Made by a program: the position numbers and the translations under genes. 35,570 nucleotides of DNA, from positions 1 through 35,570 of the forward strand of contig JAWOBU010000135.1 in assembly GCA_046484135.1 (NCBI GenBank). The letters run 5' to 3'. Position 1 is the first letter of the stretch. Each line of letters begins with the position of its first letter. The DNA is from a bacterium. Lineage in GTDB: Bacteria > RBG-13-61-14 > DATKZS01. Positions 8,748 through 20,682 of this stretch are shown in pieces. The notes under the pieces were generated by a model, which saw only the letters and a program-made list of their open reading frames with translations, was not told where the DNA came from and made no database searches.

Positions 8748-10562
8748 ATGAACCGGCAACCGGAAAACCGTGAGGAAAGAAGGACCCGCGGCATAGGCGT
8801 GTCCGACGGGATAGCTTTCGCCAAGGCCTATCTCCTTGAAAGGGAGAGGCTCGCCATTCCCCACCGGGTGGTTCCCGGAAACCAGGTCGAGGAAGAGGTC
8901 GAACGCTTCCGGGAGGCATTGGAAAAGGCCAGGAACCTGCTCCAGCAGATCAGGGAAGGGATGACCACCGAGGAGACCAGGGAGCCGGCTTTTATCATTG
9001 ACGCCCACCTCATGATGCTCGAGGACGACCTCCTGGTGGACGGAACCATAGAGCTGATCAGGAAGGAGCACATTAACGCGGAGTGGGCCCTCCGCAGAAG
9101 GATCAACACCCTGGTGTCAACCTTTACCAGCATGAAAGACCCCTACCTCCGCGAAAGGGGAAGGGACGTCGAGCAGGTCGCGGAAAGGGTCATAAGGGAG
9201 CTGGTCGGAAAAAGCGCCGACTTCATGAGCGACATCGAGGAGCCCGTTATCATAGTGGCCCACGAGCTCACCCCCGCGGAAACCGCTCACATGGCCTTCG
9301 ACAAAATACTGGGCTTTGCAACCGACATCGGGACCCAGACCTCCCATGCCGCCATCGTGGCCAAGTCCATAAGGATGCCCGCGGTGGTCGGGCTAAAGAA
9401 CATCACCGAACAGGTAAACCACGGAGACACCATCATCCTGGACGGACACTCCGGGCTGGTCATCATAAACCCCGCACCGGAGACCACCAACCGCTACGAA
9501 AGCAGGAGAAAATGGCTCGCCGACCTCAGCCTGGTCCTGAAAAACTACAAAGACCTGCCCTCCGAAACAAAAGACCAGCACCCCGTCCGGCTGGGGGCCA
9601 ACCTGGAGATACTGGACGAAATCCAGTTCCTTTCCGAAAGCGGCGCCCAGGGGGTCGGACTCTACCGCACCGAGTATCTCTACCTGGACCGGAACGATCT
9701 GCCCACAGAAGAAGAGCACTACCAAAGCTATAAACAACTCGTGGAAAAGACCGATCCCGAAGGAGCAACCATAAGGACCCTGGACCTTGGAGGGGACAAG
9801 TTCAAATCAACCTTGAGCCTCGCAAACGAGATAAACCCCGCAATGGGACTCAGGGCCATCAGGCTGTGCCTGAACCGGCCCGACTTGTTTAAAACCCAGC
9901 TTCGCGCTATATTGAAGGCCAGCGCCCACGGCAAAACCAGGATCATGTTTCCCATGATCTCCGGATACCAGGAGTTCAGGGACGCCAAACGATTGTTGTA
10001 CGAAGCGGCCGAGGAGCTGGACAAAGAAGGCATAAACTTTGACCGGGAGGTGGAGGTGGGGGCCATGATCGAGGTCCCCTCCGCCGTCTTCATCGCCGAT
10101 GAGCTGGCCAAGGTATGCGACTTCTTCTCCATCGGGACCAATGACCTCATCCAGTACAGCCTGGCCATTGACCGGGTGAACGAGTACGTGAGCTACCTGT
10201 ATCAGCCCCTCCACCCGGCGATGCTCCGGATACTTACCCGGGTGGTGGAAGCCGGGCACAATAACGACATTCCCGTGTACATGTGCGGGGCCATGGCCGG
10301 AGAGCCGCTCTACCTGCCCGTGCTTGTCGGCCTGGGACTGGATGAGCTGTCCATGCCCATGGGGGCCATCCTCCGCATAAAAAGGATACTCCGCCGCATC
10401 GGCAAGGCCGAGGCTGAAGAGCTGACAGCAGAGCTGTTCGAGTATAACACCGCCCAGCAGATAGCGGAGCGGGTAAAACAGGAGATAAGAACAAGGTGGG
10501 AGGACGCCTACGCCCTGGAGATGGAGGCCGCGGAAGAAGAGGAAACCCCGCTGGTGGGATGA
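8748..10562 (+). CDS. ptsI: Phosphoenolpyruvate-protein phosphotransferase (PTS enzyme I)
   Basis: TSHAAIVA phospho-His motif, GVGLYRTE, IRTLDLGGDK, NPAMGLRAIR, FSIGTNDLIQY; no N-terminal GAF domain. Confidence 0.97.
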   Translation: MNRQPENREERRTRGIGVSDGIAFAKAYLLERERLAIPHRVVPGNQVEEEVERFREALEKARNLLQQIREGMTTEETREPAFIIDAHLMMLEDDLLVDGTIELIRKEHINAEWALRRRINTLVSTFTSMKDPYLRERGRDVEQVAERVIRELVGKSADFMSDIEEPVIIVAHELTPAETAHMAFDKILGFATDIGTQTSHAAIVAKSIRMPAVVGLKNITEQVNHGDTIILDGHSGLVIINPAPETTNRYESRRKWLADLSLVLKNYKDLPSETKDQHPVRLGANLEILDEIQFLSESGAQGVGLYRTEYLYLDRNDLPTEEEHYQSYKQLVEKTDPEGATIRTLDLGGDKFKSTLSLANEINPAMGLRAIRLCLNRPDLFKTQLRAILKASAHGKTRIMFPMISGYQEFRDAKRLLYEAAEELDKEGINFDREVEVGAMIEVPSAVFIADELAKVCDFFSIGTNDLIQYSLAIDRVNEYVSYLYQPLHPAMLRILTRVVEAGHNNDIPVYMCGAMAGEPLYLPVLVGLGLDELSMPMGAILRIKRILRRIGKAEAEELTAELFEYNTAQQIAERVKQEIRTRWEDAYALEMEAAEEEETPLVG

Positions 10563-10632
10563 AAGAGTTTCCCCCGCCGCCAGGCAATAAAAAGAGCTAT
10601 AATAAAGACAGGAAACAAGAGAGGAGGACGTA

Positions 10633-11814
10633 ATGGAAAAGAAGGATATGCTGTTTACTTCCGAGTCGGTTACCGAAGGCCATCCGGACAAGATCGCCGA
10701 CCGGATATCCGATTCGGTGCTGGACGCACTGCTGGAAAAGGACAAGAACAGCAGGGTCGCCTGTGAAACCATGGTGACCACGGGAATGGCGCTGATCGCC
10801 GGGGAAATAACCTCCAAGGCCATGCAGCAGGTGGACATACCAGCAGTCGCAAGACAGGCGGTAAAGGACATTGGATACACGGACGCCTCCATGGGGTTCG
10901 ACCATTCCGGATGCGCGGTACTGGTGTCCCTGGATCAGCAGTCACCCGACATCGCAAAAGGCGTGGATGAATCGCCATCCAAGGACCAGGGAGCGGGAGA
11001 CCAGGGAATGATGTTCGGCTACGCATGCAACGAAACACCGGACCTCATGCCCATGCCCATCCACCTCGCCCACCGCCTCACCCAGAAGCTGGCCAGCGCA
11101 AGAAAACAGAAAAAACTGCCCTGGCTCCGCCCGGACGGAAAAAGCCAGGTGTCCGTGCTCTACAAGGACGGAAAACCCAAACAGGTCACCGCGGTGGTGG
11201 TCGCGGCCCAGCACAGCAACGAGGTCAAGAACAAGGAGATAAAAGAAGGCATCACCGAAGAGATCATAAACAAAGTGATCCCCTCCCGCATGATACAGAA
11301 AGGGACCAAAATCCATATAAACCCCACCGGAAGGTTCGTCATCGGAGGGCCGCATGGAGACTGCGGAGTAACCGGCCGAAAGATCATCGTGGACACCTAC
11401 GGAGGCATGGGAAGGCACGGCGGCGGGGCCTTCTCAGGCAAGGACCCCTCCAAGGTTGACCGCAGTGCAACCTACATGGCCCGCTACATAGCCAAGAACC
11501 TGGTGGCAGCCAGGATCGCCGAGCGCTGCGAGGTCCAGATAGCATACGCCATCGGAGTGGCCCAGCCCGTGGCGGTAAACGTGGACGTCTTCGGCACCGG
11601 CAAGCTCTCCGAGTTAAAAATAGCAGAGCTCGTCAGACAGCACTTCGATCTCCGGCCCCGCGCCATCATCGAAGACCTGAAGCTCCAGAAACCCATCTTC
11701 GCCAAGACCGCGGCTTACGGCCACTTCGGCAGGAAGGAAAAGGAGTTCACCTGGGAGAGGACGGACAAGGCCAAGGAGCTGGCCGCGGCGGCCAAGAAGA
11801 TGGGGGCCAAGTAG
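10633..11814 (+). CDS. metK: S-adenosylmethionine synthetase
   Basis: [51 protein letters not shown]. Confidence 0.99.
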   Translation: MEKKDMLFTSESVTEGHPDKIADRISDSVLDALLEKDKNSRVACETMVTTGMALIAGEITSKAMQQVDIPAVARQAVKDIGYTDASMGFDHSGCAVLVSLDQQSPDIAKGVDESPSKDQGAGDQGMMFGYACNETPDLMPMPIHLAHRLTQKLASARKQKKLPWLRPDGKSQVSVLYKDGKPKQVTAVVVAAQHSNEVKNKEIKEGITEEIINKVIPSRMIQKGTKIHINPTGRFVIGGPHGDCGVTGRKIIVDTYGGMGRHGGGAFSGKDPSKVDRSATYMARYIAKNLVAARIAERCEVQIAYAIGVAQPVAVNVDVFGTGKLSELKIAELVRQHFDLRPRAIIEDLKLQKPIFAKTAAYGHFGRKEKEFTWERTDKAKELAAAAKKMGAK

Positions 11815-11891
11815 CAGGCGGAGCTCATCCGGAACTGAACGCGTATCGAAAGAAAAAACAAATTTTAAAACTGAAGAAGGAGTTGTGAAGT

Positions 11892-13151
11892 ATGAACTAC
11901 GATATCAAAGACATTAAGCTGGCGGACAAAGGAAAGCTCAGGATCGAGTGGGCCGCCCGCAATATGCCGGTCCTGGACCTTATTGAAGAACGCTTTAAAA
12001 AAGAAAAACCCTTGAAAGGCATCAACATGGCGGCCTGCCTGCACGTTACCACTGAGACGGCCAACCTGATGAGGGTGTTGAAAGCCGGCGGAGCGGACGT
12101 GGCCATCTGCGCATCCAATCCACTGTCCACCCAGGACGACGTGGCAGCCAGCTTGGTGAAGCATCTTAGCGTACCTACCTTCTGTATCAAGGGAGAGGAC
12201 ACCAAGACCTATTACAAGCACATCAAGGCGGTGCTGGACCGGAAGCCCCATATCACCATGGACGACGGCGCCGACCTGGTGGGGACCCTGCACTCGGATA
12301 GGAAAGAACAGGCCCGTAAGATGATCGGCGGCACCGAGGAGACCACTACCGGCGTAATCAGGCTCCGCTCGCTCGCCGACCAGGGAAAGCTCATCTTTCC
12401 CGTGATCGCGGTTAACGACGCCCAGACCAAGCATCTGTTCGACAACCGCTACGGCACCGGCCAGTCCACCATTGACGGCATCATCCGGGCCACCAATATC
12501 CTGATGGCCGGCTCGGTGGTCGTGGTCAGCGGATACGGCATGTGCGGAAAGGGAGTGGCCATGCGGGCCAAGGGAATGGGCGCCCAGGTGGTCATCACCG
12601 AGGTGGACCCCCTTCGCGCCTTGGAAGCGGTCCTGGACGGCTTCCAGGTCATGCCCATCATAAAGGCCGCGCCCATCGGAGACGTGTTCGTAACCGTTAC
12701 CGGAGATACCTCCGTGCTGGACGTGCAGACCTTCCAGAAAATGAAAGACGGGGCCATCATCTGCAACGCCGGACACTTCGACGTCGAGATCAATCTGAAG
12801 GCGTTGAAGTCCCTCACCAAGTCGGAAAGGGAAATAAGGCCCTACGTGATCGAGCACACCCTGAAGCAAGGAGGCAAAAAGCTCTTTGTCCTGGGCGAAG
12901 GAAGGCTCATCAACCTGGCCGCCGCCGAAGGACACCCCTCCATGGTCATGGACATGAGCTTCGCAAACCAGGCCCTCTCTGCAGAGTACATGGTAAAGCA
13001 GGGAAAGAAGCTACAGCGCGAGGTCTACCCCGTTCCCGAAAAGATTGACAAGCAGATAGCAAAGCTCAAGCTCAAAAGCAGGGGAATCAAGATAGACACC
13101 CTGACCAAGGAACAGAAAGACTATCTCGCTTCATGGGAGATAGGAACCTGA
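11892..13151 (+). CDS. ahcY: Adenosylhomocysteinase
   Basis: [54 protein letters not shown]...MDMSF. Confidence 0.98.
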   Translation: MNYDIKDIKLADKGKLRIEWAARNMPVLDLIEERFKKEKPLKGINMAACLHVTTETANLMRVLKAGGADVAICASNPLSTQDDVAASLVKHLSVPTFCIKGEDTKTYYKHIKAVLDRKPHITMDDGADLVGTLHSDRKEQARKMIGGTEETTTGVIRLRSLADQGKLIFPVIAVNDAQTKHLFDNRYGTGQSTIDGIIRATNILMAGSVVVVSGYGMCGKGVAMRAKGMGAQVVITEVDPLRALEAVLDGFQVMPIIKAAPIGDVFVTVTGDTSVLDVQTFQKMKDGAIICNAGHFDVEINLKALKSLTKSEREIRPYVIEHTLKQGGKKLFVLGEGRLINLAAAEGHPSMVMDMSFANQALSAEYMVKQGKKLQREVYPVPEKIDKQIAKLKLKSRGIKIDTLTKEQKDYLASWEIGT

Positions 13152-13174
13152 TTTTTAAAAAGTAGCCGGCCCGC

Positions 13175-13207
13175 GACAGGGGCGCAGCGTGCTGTGCCCC
13201 TGTCTTT
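13175..13207 (+). repeat. REP-like hairpin or possible intrinsic terminator between ahcY and tkt
   Basis: GACAGGGGCGCAGC-GT-GCTGTGCCCCTGTC followed by TTT; 14-bp stem with one G-U pair. Confidence 0.55.
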
Positions 13208-13240
13208 GCTTGCCGAGACCATGCCCGGAGGTTCGTGTAC

Positions 13241-15244
<2,004 letters not shown>

Positions 15245-15261
15245 AACCGCGACGAGAAAAA

Positions 15262-15789
15262 ATGGACCAACAAGTTAAAGCAAAGGCCGCCGGCATAAAG
15301 CTGCTGCTTTTGGACGTGGACGGGGTGCTTACCGACGGGACCGTGTACGTGGGCCCGGAAGGCGAAGCCTTGAAAGCGTTCAATGTAAGGGACGGCACCG
15401 GCATCAAGTGGCTTCAGCGGGCCGGCCTCGAGGTGGGGCTTCTTACCGGCAGACAGAGTTCTCAAGTGGCGGTCCGAGCCCGTGAGCTCAAGATTGAGAT
15501 AGTGGTGCAGGACGCCAAGCAGAAGCTGCCCGCCTTCCGGGACATTCTTTCCGGGCATGGCCTGGCCGCGGAAGAGGTCGCGTTCATGGGCGACGATCTT
15601 CTCGACCTTCCGGTTCTTCGCAGGGCCGGCCTGGCTCTCGCCCCCGCGGACGCAGAGGACCGGGTGAAAGAAGAGGTTGATTGGATATCAGCAAAATGCG
15701 GCGGCCAAGGCGCGGTCCGCGAGGCATGCGAGCTTATCCTCAAAGCGACGGGAAAGTGGGAAGAGATAACCGGCCGCTACGAAGAGTAG
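15262..15789 (+). CDS. kdsC: 3-deoxy-D-manno-octulosonate 8-phosphate phosphatase (HAD-IIIA)
   Basis: LLLDVDGVLTDG, KAFNVRDG, FMGDDLLD, GGQGAVRE. Confidence 0.92.
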   Translation: MDQQVKAKAAGIKLLLLDVDGVLTDGTVYVGPEGEALKAFNVRDGTGIKWLQRAGLEVGLLTGRQSSQVAVRARELKIEIVVQDAKQKLPAFRDILSGHGLAAEEVAFMGDDLLDLPVLRRAGLALAPADAEDRVKEEVDWISAKCGGQGAVREACELILKATGKWEEITGRYEE

Positions 15790-15841
15790 CAAATTGTCCA
15801 GCCAAAGATAGAAAAGCGGGCTTTCTGATTGTTGGCTTTCT

Positions 15842-15924
15842 GGTGGGAGCGAGCTCCCTGTCTGCGTGCGGAACGCACAGGCAGGCAGCTCGCGATCTTT
15901 CGAGACCGGGAGGTCTCTCCCACC
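15842..15924. repeat. REP-like inverted doublet with a nested short palindrome, between convergent genes
   Basis: GGTGGGAGCGAGCTC[CCTGTCTGCGTGCGGAACGCACAGGCAGG]CAGCTCGCGA followed by inverted copy TCGAGACCGGGAGGTCTCTCCCACC; outer arms GGTGGGAG/CTCCCACC. Confidence 0.65.
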
Positions 15925-15973
15925 TTTCTGTCCGGCTATTTCCCCAAAGCTCAGCAGGGTCCTTTTAAGTAGA

Positions 15974-17014
15974 TCAGTAGATGTATACCTTGGTGCCCAC
16001 GTCGCACAGCCGGTAGGTGATGGTAAGGTCGCGACGGTTCATGCGGACGCAGCCGTGCGAGCGCTTGCCCGGCGGGCCTATGTTTCCGGACCGGGTGCCG
16101 TGGATGCCGTAGGCGTTGCCCAGGTTGAGCCGGTACTTGCCGAGAACGCCCCTGATGCCGTATCTCCGGGAGGGGACCTCTTGTCCCCGCTCCCGCCAGT
16201 GCCAGGAGGGAGGGTACCACACCGGCCAGCGTTCTTTCTTCTGCACGGTCATGATCCCGCGGGGCGTCCGAAAGCGGCGTTTCCATTTCGAGGTTCTCGG
16301 CAGGTATCCTTTGCCGGTAACCACCGGAAAGTCGTATAGAACCTGGGATCCCATCTTTACGTAAAGCGAGTCATTATCAAGGTCTATCTCGAGGTAGATT
16401 TCCTCGGAGTCGCGGGCGTTGCGCAGTATGTCGAGCGACTCCCGCAGGGTCGAGTTCTCGTCCTCCAAGCGGCGGTAGCGGGTGAGCCAGTTGGACATCT
16501 GGGGGTAGGAGCCGTCGCGGGCCATGGCCTTAACATCGCCGTCCGATCCTATCAAGGCAAGCCCGGACCAGTCGCCCTCCATCAGCCGGCTGGCGAAGGA
16601 GTTGGACAGCGCCGCGGGAAGCGGCCCGTCCGAGAACATGTGCTTGGCAACCTCGTAGCCGGTCCGCAGGGTCCCGTCCATCCTCTCCACCTCGGCGCTG
16701 TCCCGGGCGGGAGCCGCGTTCTCCACCTTGATGTCCTCCCGCACCATGGCCTGGAAGCCGCCGCTGGGGGCGACCGCGCAGGAGATGAACATGAAAAAAC
16801 AGACGTAGACAAGGTTTCGGACCAGCACGTTCCGGATGATCGGACGGGAGGGTGCCCGGCGCACCGGCATATCTGCCGCCTGCGCCTTCTGCTTGTTGAT
16901 GAGCACGCTCATCACTATGTCGGGATGCTGGAGCGGCGAGATGAAAAAGTTGGCGATCTCTACCTGGGAATACGTCTCCCGTAGTGCTTGGGCGGCGGCG
17001 CGGTATTTCCTCAT
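15974..17014 (-). CDS. L,D-transpeptidase (YkuD domain), probably membrane-anchored
   Basis: C-terminal FPVVTGK, TPRG, YGIHGT...SHGCVRM, VGTKVYIY; internal hydrophobic segment; strong RBS GAGGAGGAG before ATG 17014. Confidence 0.9.
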   Translation of the reverse strand: MRKYRAAAQALRETYSQVEIANFFISPLQHPDIVMSVLINKQKAQAADMPVRRAPSRPIIRNVLVRNLVYVCFFMFISCAVAPSGGFQAMVREDIKVENAAPARDSAEVERMDGTLRTGYEVAKHMFSDGPLPAALSNSFASRLMEGDWSGLALIGSDGDVKAMARDGSYPQMSNWLTRYRRLEDENSTLRESLDILRNARDSEEIYLEIDLDNDSLYVKMGSQVLYDFPVVTGKGYLPRTSKWKRRFRTPRGIMTVQKKERWPVWYPPSWHWRERGQEVPSRRYGIRGVLGKYRLNLGNAYGIHGTRSGNIGPPGKRSHGCVRMNRRDLTITYRLCDVGTKVYIY

Positions 17015-17107
17015 GGCTGTCTCCTCCTCAGAGGGGCGACCCGCGTAACAGCTTTTACATGGTCAGCATGAGCCCGCGCATTGGACAGGGAGCGTTAATG
17101 AGCGCTT

Positions 17108-18760
17108 TCAAAAAGAGCTTTGAGAAAGGAGCTTTTCCACGGTCAGCTTCTGCTCAAGGTCGTCTGCGTGTTTTGCATTAGCGTTTGCTTTTTCAGTTTC
17201 CAGGTTCTTGCCAGATTCACGGTGATACTTTTTTAACACGAAATCCTTAGTAATGTCAAGCAGATGGCCGGGTCCTCCCAGCGGGCGCTCCTGTTTGTTG
17301 CTGTAGAGCGCTCCGTTATTGAGCCGGAGGCTGACGCGGGCGGAAAAAGGCATGGTAAGTTGGTGAAGGGGATAGTCGCCCAGGTCGAACTTGCGGCCGG
17401 TCCTGCGGCGCCGGCCGGAGAGCCGTTCGCGGCCGAGTTTCCAAAGCCGGGACTTAAGGTCGGTCTGTTGCCAGAGCTCTTTCAAGTCAGCCAGGTTAAA
17501 GCCCATGGAACTCTGGTACTGGTCCTGGATGCGGGAGCGGGCCTTGATAAGCTTCTTCCACTCTACCTGGGACAACAGGTCCCGGAAGGGCAGGACCCTG
17601 TCCATGGCCTCCAAAAAGTCCGCGGTAAGGGACCAGTCGTGCTCGAGCCGGACCTTGCCCGCTATCTCCTTTACGGCGTCGCGGTTCTTTTTAAGCTCCG
17701 CCTTGGACAGCAGGTCGGGGGACAGGTCATGGTGCAGAAGCAGCAGGGCCACGTTCGCGGGTATGGAGAAGTTTACGGACACCGGGCTTTCCGGATCAAA
17801 GGTGCCGCCGGTCTTGCTCAGGTTGTCCATCTCCTTCGTAAGCAGGGTCGCCTGCACGTGCACCTCCTCTACGTCCTCGGCGCGAAGGTCGTGTCCGTTC
17901 TCGTCCCGGTACTCGGACAGGATTGCAAACAGGGCGTCCATGGTGGTGTCAATATAAGCGCAGCCCGGATAGACCTTGTAGGCGAGGGTGTCGGTAACCC
18001 AGGCCCTGCCCAGGCCGGAGATGAAAAAAGGCGCGGGCATGAAGCTCATGCGGGCCAGGTAGCCCTGCGGGTGCTCGATGATGTCGAGGGGACCGGTGGC
18101 GCCCTTGGCCGCGAGCAGGGCGGCCTGTACCCCCAGGACCGCTGGTGAGGCCGCGGTGGTAGCTTTCGAGTCCGGTCCCATGAAGCCGGGCCACAAAAGG
18201 TAAGTGGGCTGGTACAAGGACATGGCGATGGCGTGCGCGGTCTTGTCTTCGGAAAGACCCAGCAACTTGGCCGCGGCCGCGGCAGAGCCTGCCAGATGGA
18301 TATGGGACCAGCCCTGGCCGTTGTGTGGGCCGACCATGACAGCGCCTCCCAGCCGGCCCTCGATCTCGTTGGCGATGATCTGGGCGGTCATGGCCGTCTT
18401 GAAAGAACGTTGCGCCTTCTCCGCCATGGCCAGGGAGACGCACACGGCGCTGTGGCCGGTATGTCCGAACATGAGGTAATCGTCGTAATCGAGTGCGGCG
18501 CTCAGCGAGGCGTTGGCGTATATTGCGGAAAGGAGGTCCGTTTTCTTTCCGGTGGGGACGATGGTGCAGGGCCCTTCCCCTGCCCATGACTCGACCCCCT
18601 CGAGTATGGTCTTGCCGATCTCGTGCCGGAAGCTGCCGTGAATGGCGCCCAAGACCGAGAAAACCTGGAGCCGTGCCTTTTCCCGGACCCGCTCCGGGAT
18701 GTCCTCGTAAGAAAGGCCGTGGCAGAACCGGGCCAGGTCTTCGACCAGGGTCGCCATCAT
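17108..18760 (-). CDS. MmgE/PrpD family protein with a large insertion
   Basis: LARFCHGLSYEDIP, ALDYDD, LLAAKGATGP, YKVYPGC, ARVSLRLNNG, PLGGP. Start at ATG 18760 (ATGA overlap with upstream stop) rather than 18979. Confidence 0.85.
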   Translation of the reverse strand: MMATLVEDLARFCHGLSYEDIPERVREKARLQVFSVLGAIHGSFRHEIGKTILEGVESWAGEGPCTIVPTGKKTDLLSAIYANASLSAALDYDDYLMFGHTGHSAVCVSLAMAEKAQRSFKTAMTAQIIANEIEGRLGGAVMVGPHNGQGWSHIHLAGSAAAAAKLLGLSEDKTAHAIAMSLYQPTYLLWPGFMGPDSKATTAASPAVLGVQAALLAAKGATGPLDIIEHPQGYLARMSFMPAPFFISGLGRAWVTDTLAYKVYPGCAYIDTTMDALFAILSEYRDENGHDLRAEDVEEVHVQATLLTKEMDNLSKTGGTFDPESPVSVNFSIPANVALLLLHHDLSPDLLSKAELKKNRDAVKEIAGKVRLEHDWSLTADFLEAMDRVLPFRDLLSQVEWKKLIKARSRIQDQYQSSMGFNLADLKELWQQTDLKSRLWKLGRERLSGRRRRTGRKFDLGDYPLHQLTMPFSARVSLRLNNGALYSNKQERPLGGPGHLLDITKDFVLKKYHRESGKNLETEKANANAKHADDLEQKLTVEKLLSQSSF

Positions 18761-19395
18761 CTCCCCTCCGCCGCGGTGTCTCCTTCTTTCGGCCCCGGCT
18801 CCTCCTCCGGCGCTCCGGGGGATGGAGCTTCTTCCTTCAGGCCGGGAAACTTGGAAAGCCTCTCGTCCCCCTTCTCGATGATCTCGTCGTCCACCAGGAG
18901 GTACTCGGATGTACGGAGGAACCGGCCCAGGTCGCCGCTCTCTTGGTACTGTTTGACCTCTTCCGGACGCACGCCCCATACCACTACCCGGGCCTTGCCT
19001 TCTTGCTTCTCTTCTTTTGTCTCCTCTTTGGGCTGCACCTGGATGATCCAGAACTCGATGTCCTCTTGAAAGGCGGGCTCGGAGAGCAGGGCCAGGAAGG
19101 CATCCGCCGCTTTCCGCACCGCGGAGACGCGGGAGTAGTCCTCTTCATAGGATACCAGGGTGAGAAGAGGCGCCACTTCCCGGTAGATATAGATATTGTC
19201 GTTTAGAAGACCGGGCAGGGACCCGGCAACTCCTTCCGGCACCGGGTGAACATCGGGCTCGAGATCCTTGTATACATGGCGCTGTTCGTCTTCCGCTTTC
19301 TTCTTGTCCTTGTCCTTGTCCCGGTCCGCGGGCTGGGCGCAGCTTATGGCCAGGGCCGCCACCAACCAGAACGCGATCAAAAGCCGTGTTTTCAC
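18757..19395 (-). CDS. Hypothetical lipoprotein
   Basis: GTG 19395 preceded by GAGGAGG; signal KTRLLIAFWLVAALAIS-C with lipobox-like LAISC; no recognisable domain. Confidence 0.7.
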   Translation of the reverse strand: MKTRLLIAFWLVAALAISCAQPADRDKDKDKKKAEDEQRHVYKDLEPDVHPVPEGVAGSLPGLLNDNIYIYREVAPLLTLVSYEEDYSRVSAVRKAADAFLALLSEPAFQEDIEFWIIQVQPKEETKEEKQEGKARVVVWGVRPEEVKQYQESGDLGRFLRTSEYLLVDDEIIEKGDERLSKFPGLKEEAPSPGAPEEEPGPKEGDTAAEGR

Positions 19396-19472
19396 TTTGT
19401 CCCTCCTCTTGCCTGCGGTCGTTTTTTTAAGGGTGGTCTCAGTTGGCATCATATCTTTTTCAAGGCGGCATC

Positions 19473-20681
19473 TCAATGCCGGTTTTTCCGAAAGAGCGCC
19501 CTGGTCAGGGCGTCGGCGAACTCCGGCAGGGCCACCACCTCGTCATAAGCGCCCATGTCCAGGGCCGCCTTGGGCATGCCGAAGATGATGGATGACTTCT
19601 CGTCCTGGATCAGGGCCCAACCTTTGCGCCTCTTGATCTCGAGGAGTCCCCGGGCGCCGTCTCTGCCCATCCCGGTCAGAAGCGCCCCCACCGCTGTCTC
19701 TCCCGTGTCGCGAGCCACCGAGGAAAAAAGCACGTCCACCGAGGGCCGGCACGAGTTTACCGGCGGGTCCTTTGACAACCTGATCAGGCCCTTTTCCAGG
19801 ACCATGTGCACGTCGGTCGGCGATATATAAAGGACCCCCGGCTCCGGACGGACCTTTTCCGCGGCCAGCTCGACCTTCATCCTCGACTCCCGGCCCAGCC
19901 AGTTGACCAGGCCGGGCGCGAAGCTGTGGGCTATGTGCTGGACCGCGAGCACCGGCACCGGAAAGTCAGCAGGCATCTTCCGGAATATCTGGACCAGTGC
20001 CTTGGGACCGCCGGTGCTGGCCCCCATGGCCACCAGCTCCCGGTCGGTCTTCCCGGCCGGAACCTTTACCGCCGCGGGCGCCTCGATGATCGGCAGGGGC
20101 CTTTCCATGACCTCGGGGGGCGGCACAACATCAGTATCAACAGGACCGGCGCCGGTTTCGGAAGCGGGCGCTTCATCCTTGACCTTTTTCTTTGCTTCAT
20201 CCTCCGGCGCTTCCGCGACCCGCTCCACGGTCCGCGGCCTGCGCCTTCTTCCCTTCAGATGGGAGATGACCTGGATGCGCGAGAGCATCCGGAGCTTGGC
20301 CAGGAAGTCCTTTCTTATGGAGTCGTACTTCGCCCCTTCCGACACCCTGGGCTTCTCCATTACGTCCAGTGCCCCCCTGGCAATGGCCTCGAAGGCCACG
20401 TTCATCTCCTTATTGTTGACCGCGGAGGAGAACACCAGGATGGGGGTCGGCGTAAAAGCCATGATCTCTTCGACCGCTTCCAGGCCGTTCATCACCGGCA
20501 TCATAACGTCCATGGTGATGATGGCGGGCTTGAGGGACTCGGCGAGCTCGACCGCCTCCTTGCCGTCGCGGGCCTCGCCGAGGAGCTCCAAGTCGGGCTC
20601 TCCCTCGATCATGTCTTTCAAAATCTCGCGGACCACCGGCGAATCGTCCGCGATCAGGACCTTGATGCTGTCCTCTTTCAA
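19473..20681 (-). CDS. cheB: Chemotaxis response regulator protein-glutamate methylesterase CheB
   Basis: REC (IADDS, MDVMMP), long linker, catalytic GASTGG, QH, RPSVDVLF, LTGMGRDGA, IFGMP. Confidence 0.95.
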   Translation of the reverse strand: MKEDSIKVLIADDSPVVREILKDMIEGEPDLELLGEARDGKEAVELAESLKPAIITMDVMMPVMNGLEAVEEIMAFTPTPILVFSSAVNNKEMNVAFEAIARGALDVMEKPRVSEGAKYDSIRKDFLAKLRMLSRIQVISHLKGRRRRPRTVERVAEAPEDEAKKKVKDEAPASETGAGPVDTDVVPPPEVMERPLPIIEAPAAVKVPAGKTDRELVAMGASTGGPKALVQIFRKMPADFPVPVLAVQHIAHSFAPGLVNWLGRESRMKVELAAEKVRPEPGVLYISPTDVHMVLEKGLIRLSKDPPVNSCRPSVDVLFSSVARDTGETAVGALLTGMGRDGARGLLEIKRRKGWALIQDEKSSIIFGMPKAALDMGAYDEVVALPEFADALTRALFRKNRH

Positions 20682-20682
20682 C

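Noticed and set aside
10563..10632. SAM riboswitch before metK
   Set aside because: Only 70 nt, A-rich, no riboswitch core seen. A TATAAT at 10598-10603 lacks a credible -35 or TG extension.
11815..11891. SAH riboswitch before ahcY
   Set aside because: No SAH-riboswitch consensus or pseudoknot arms visible.
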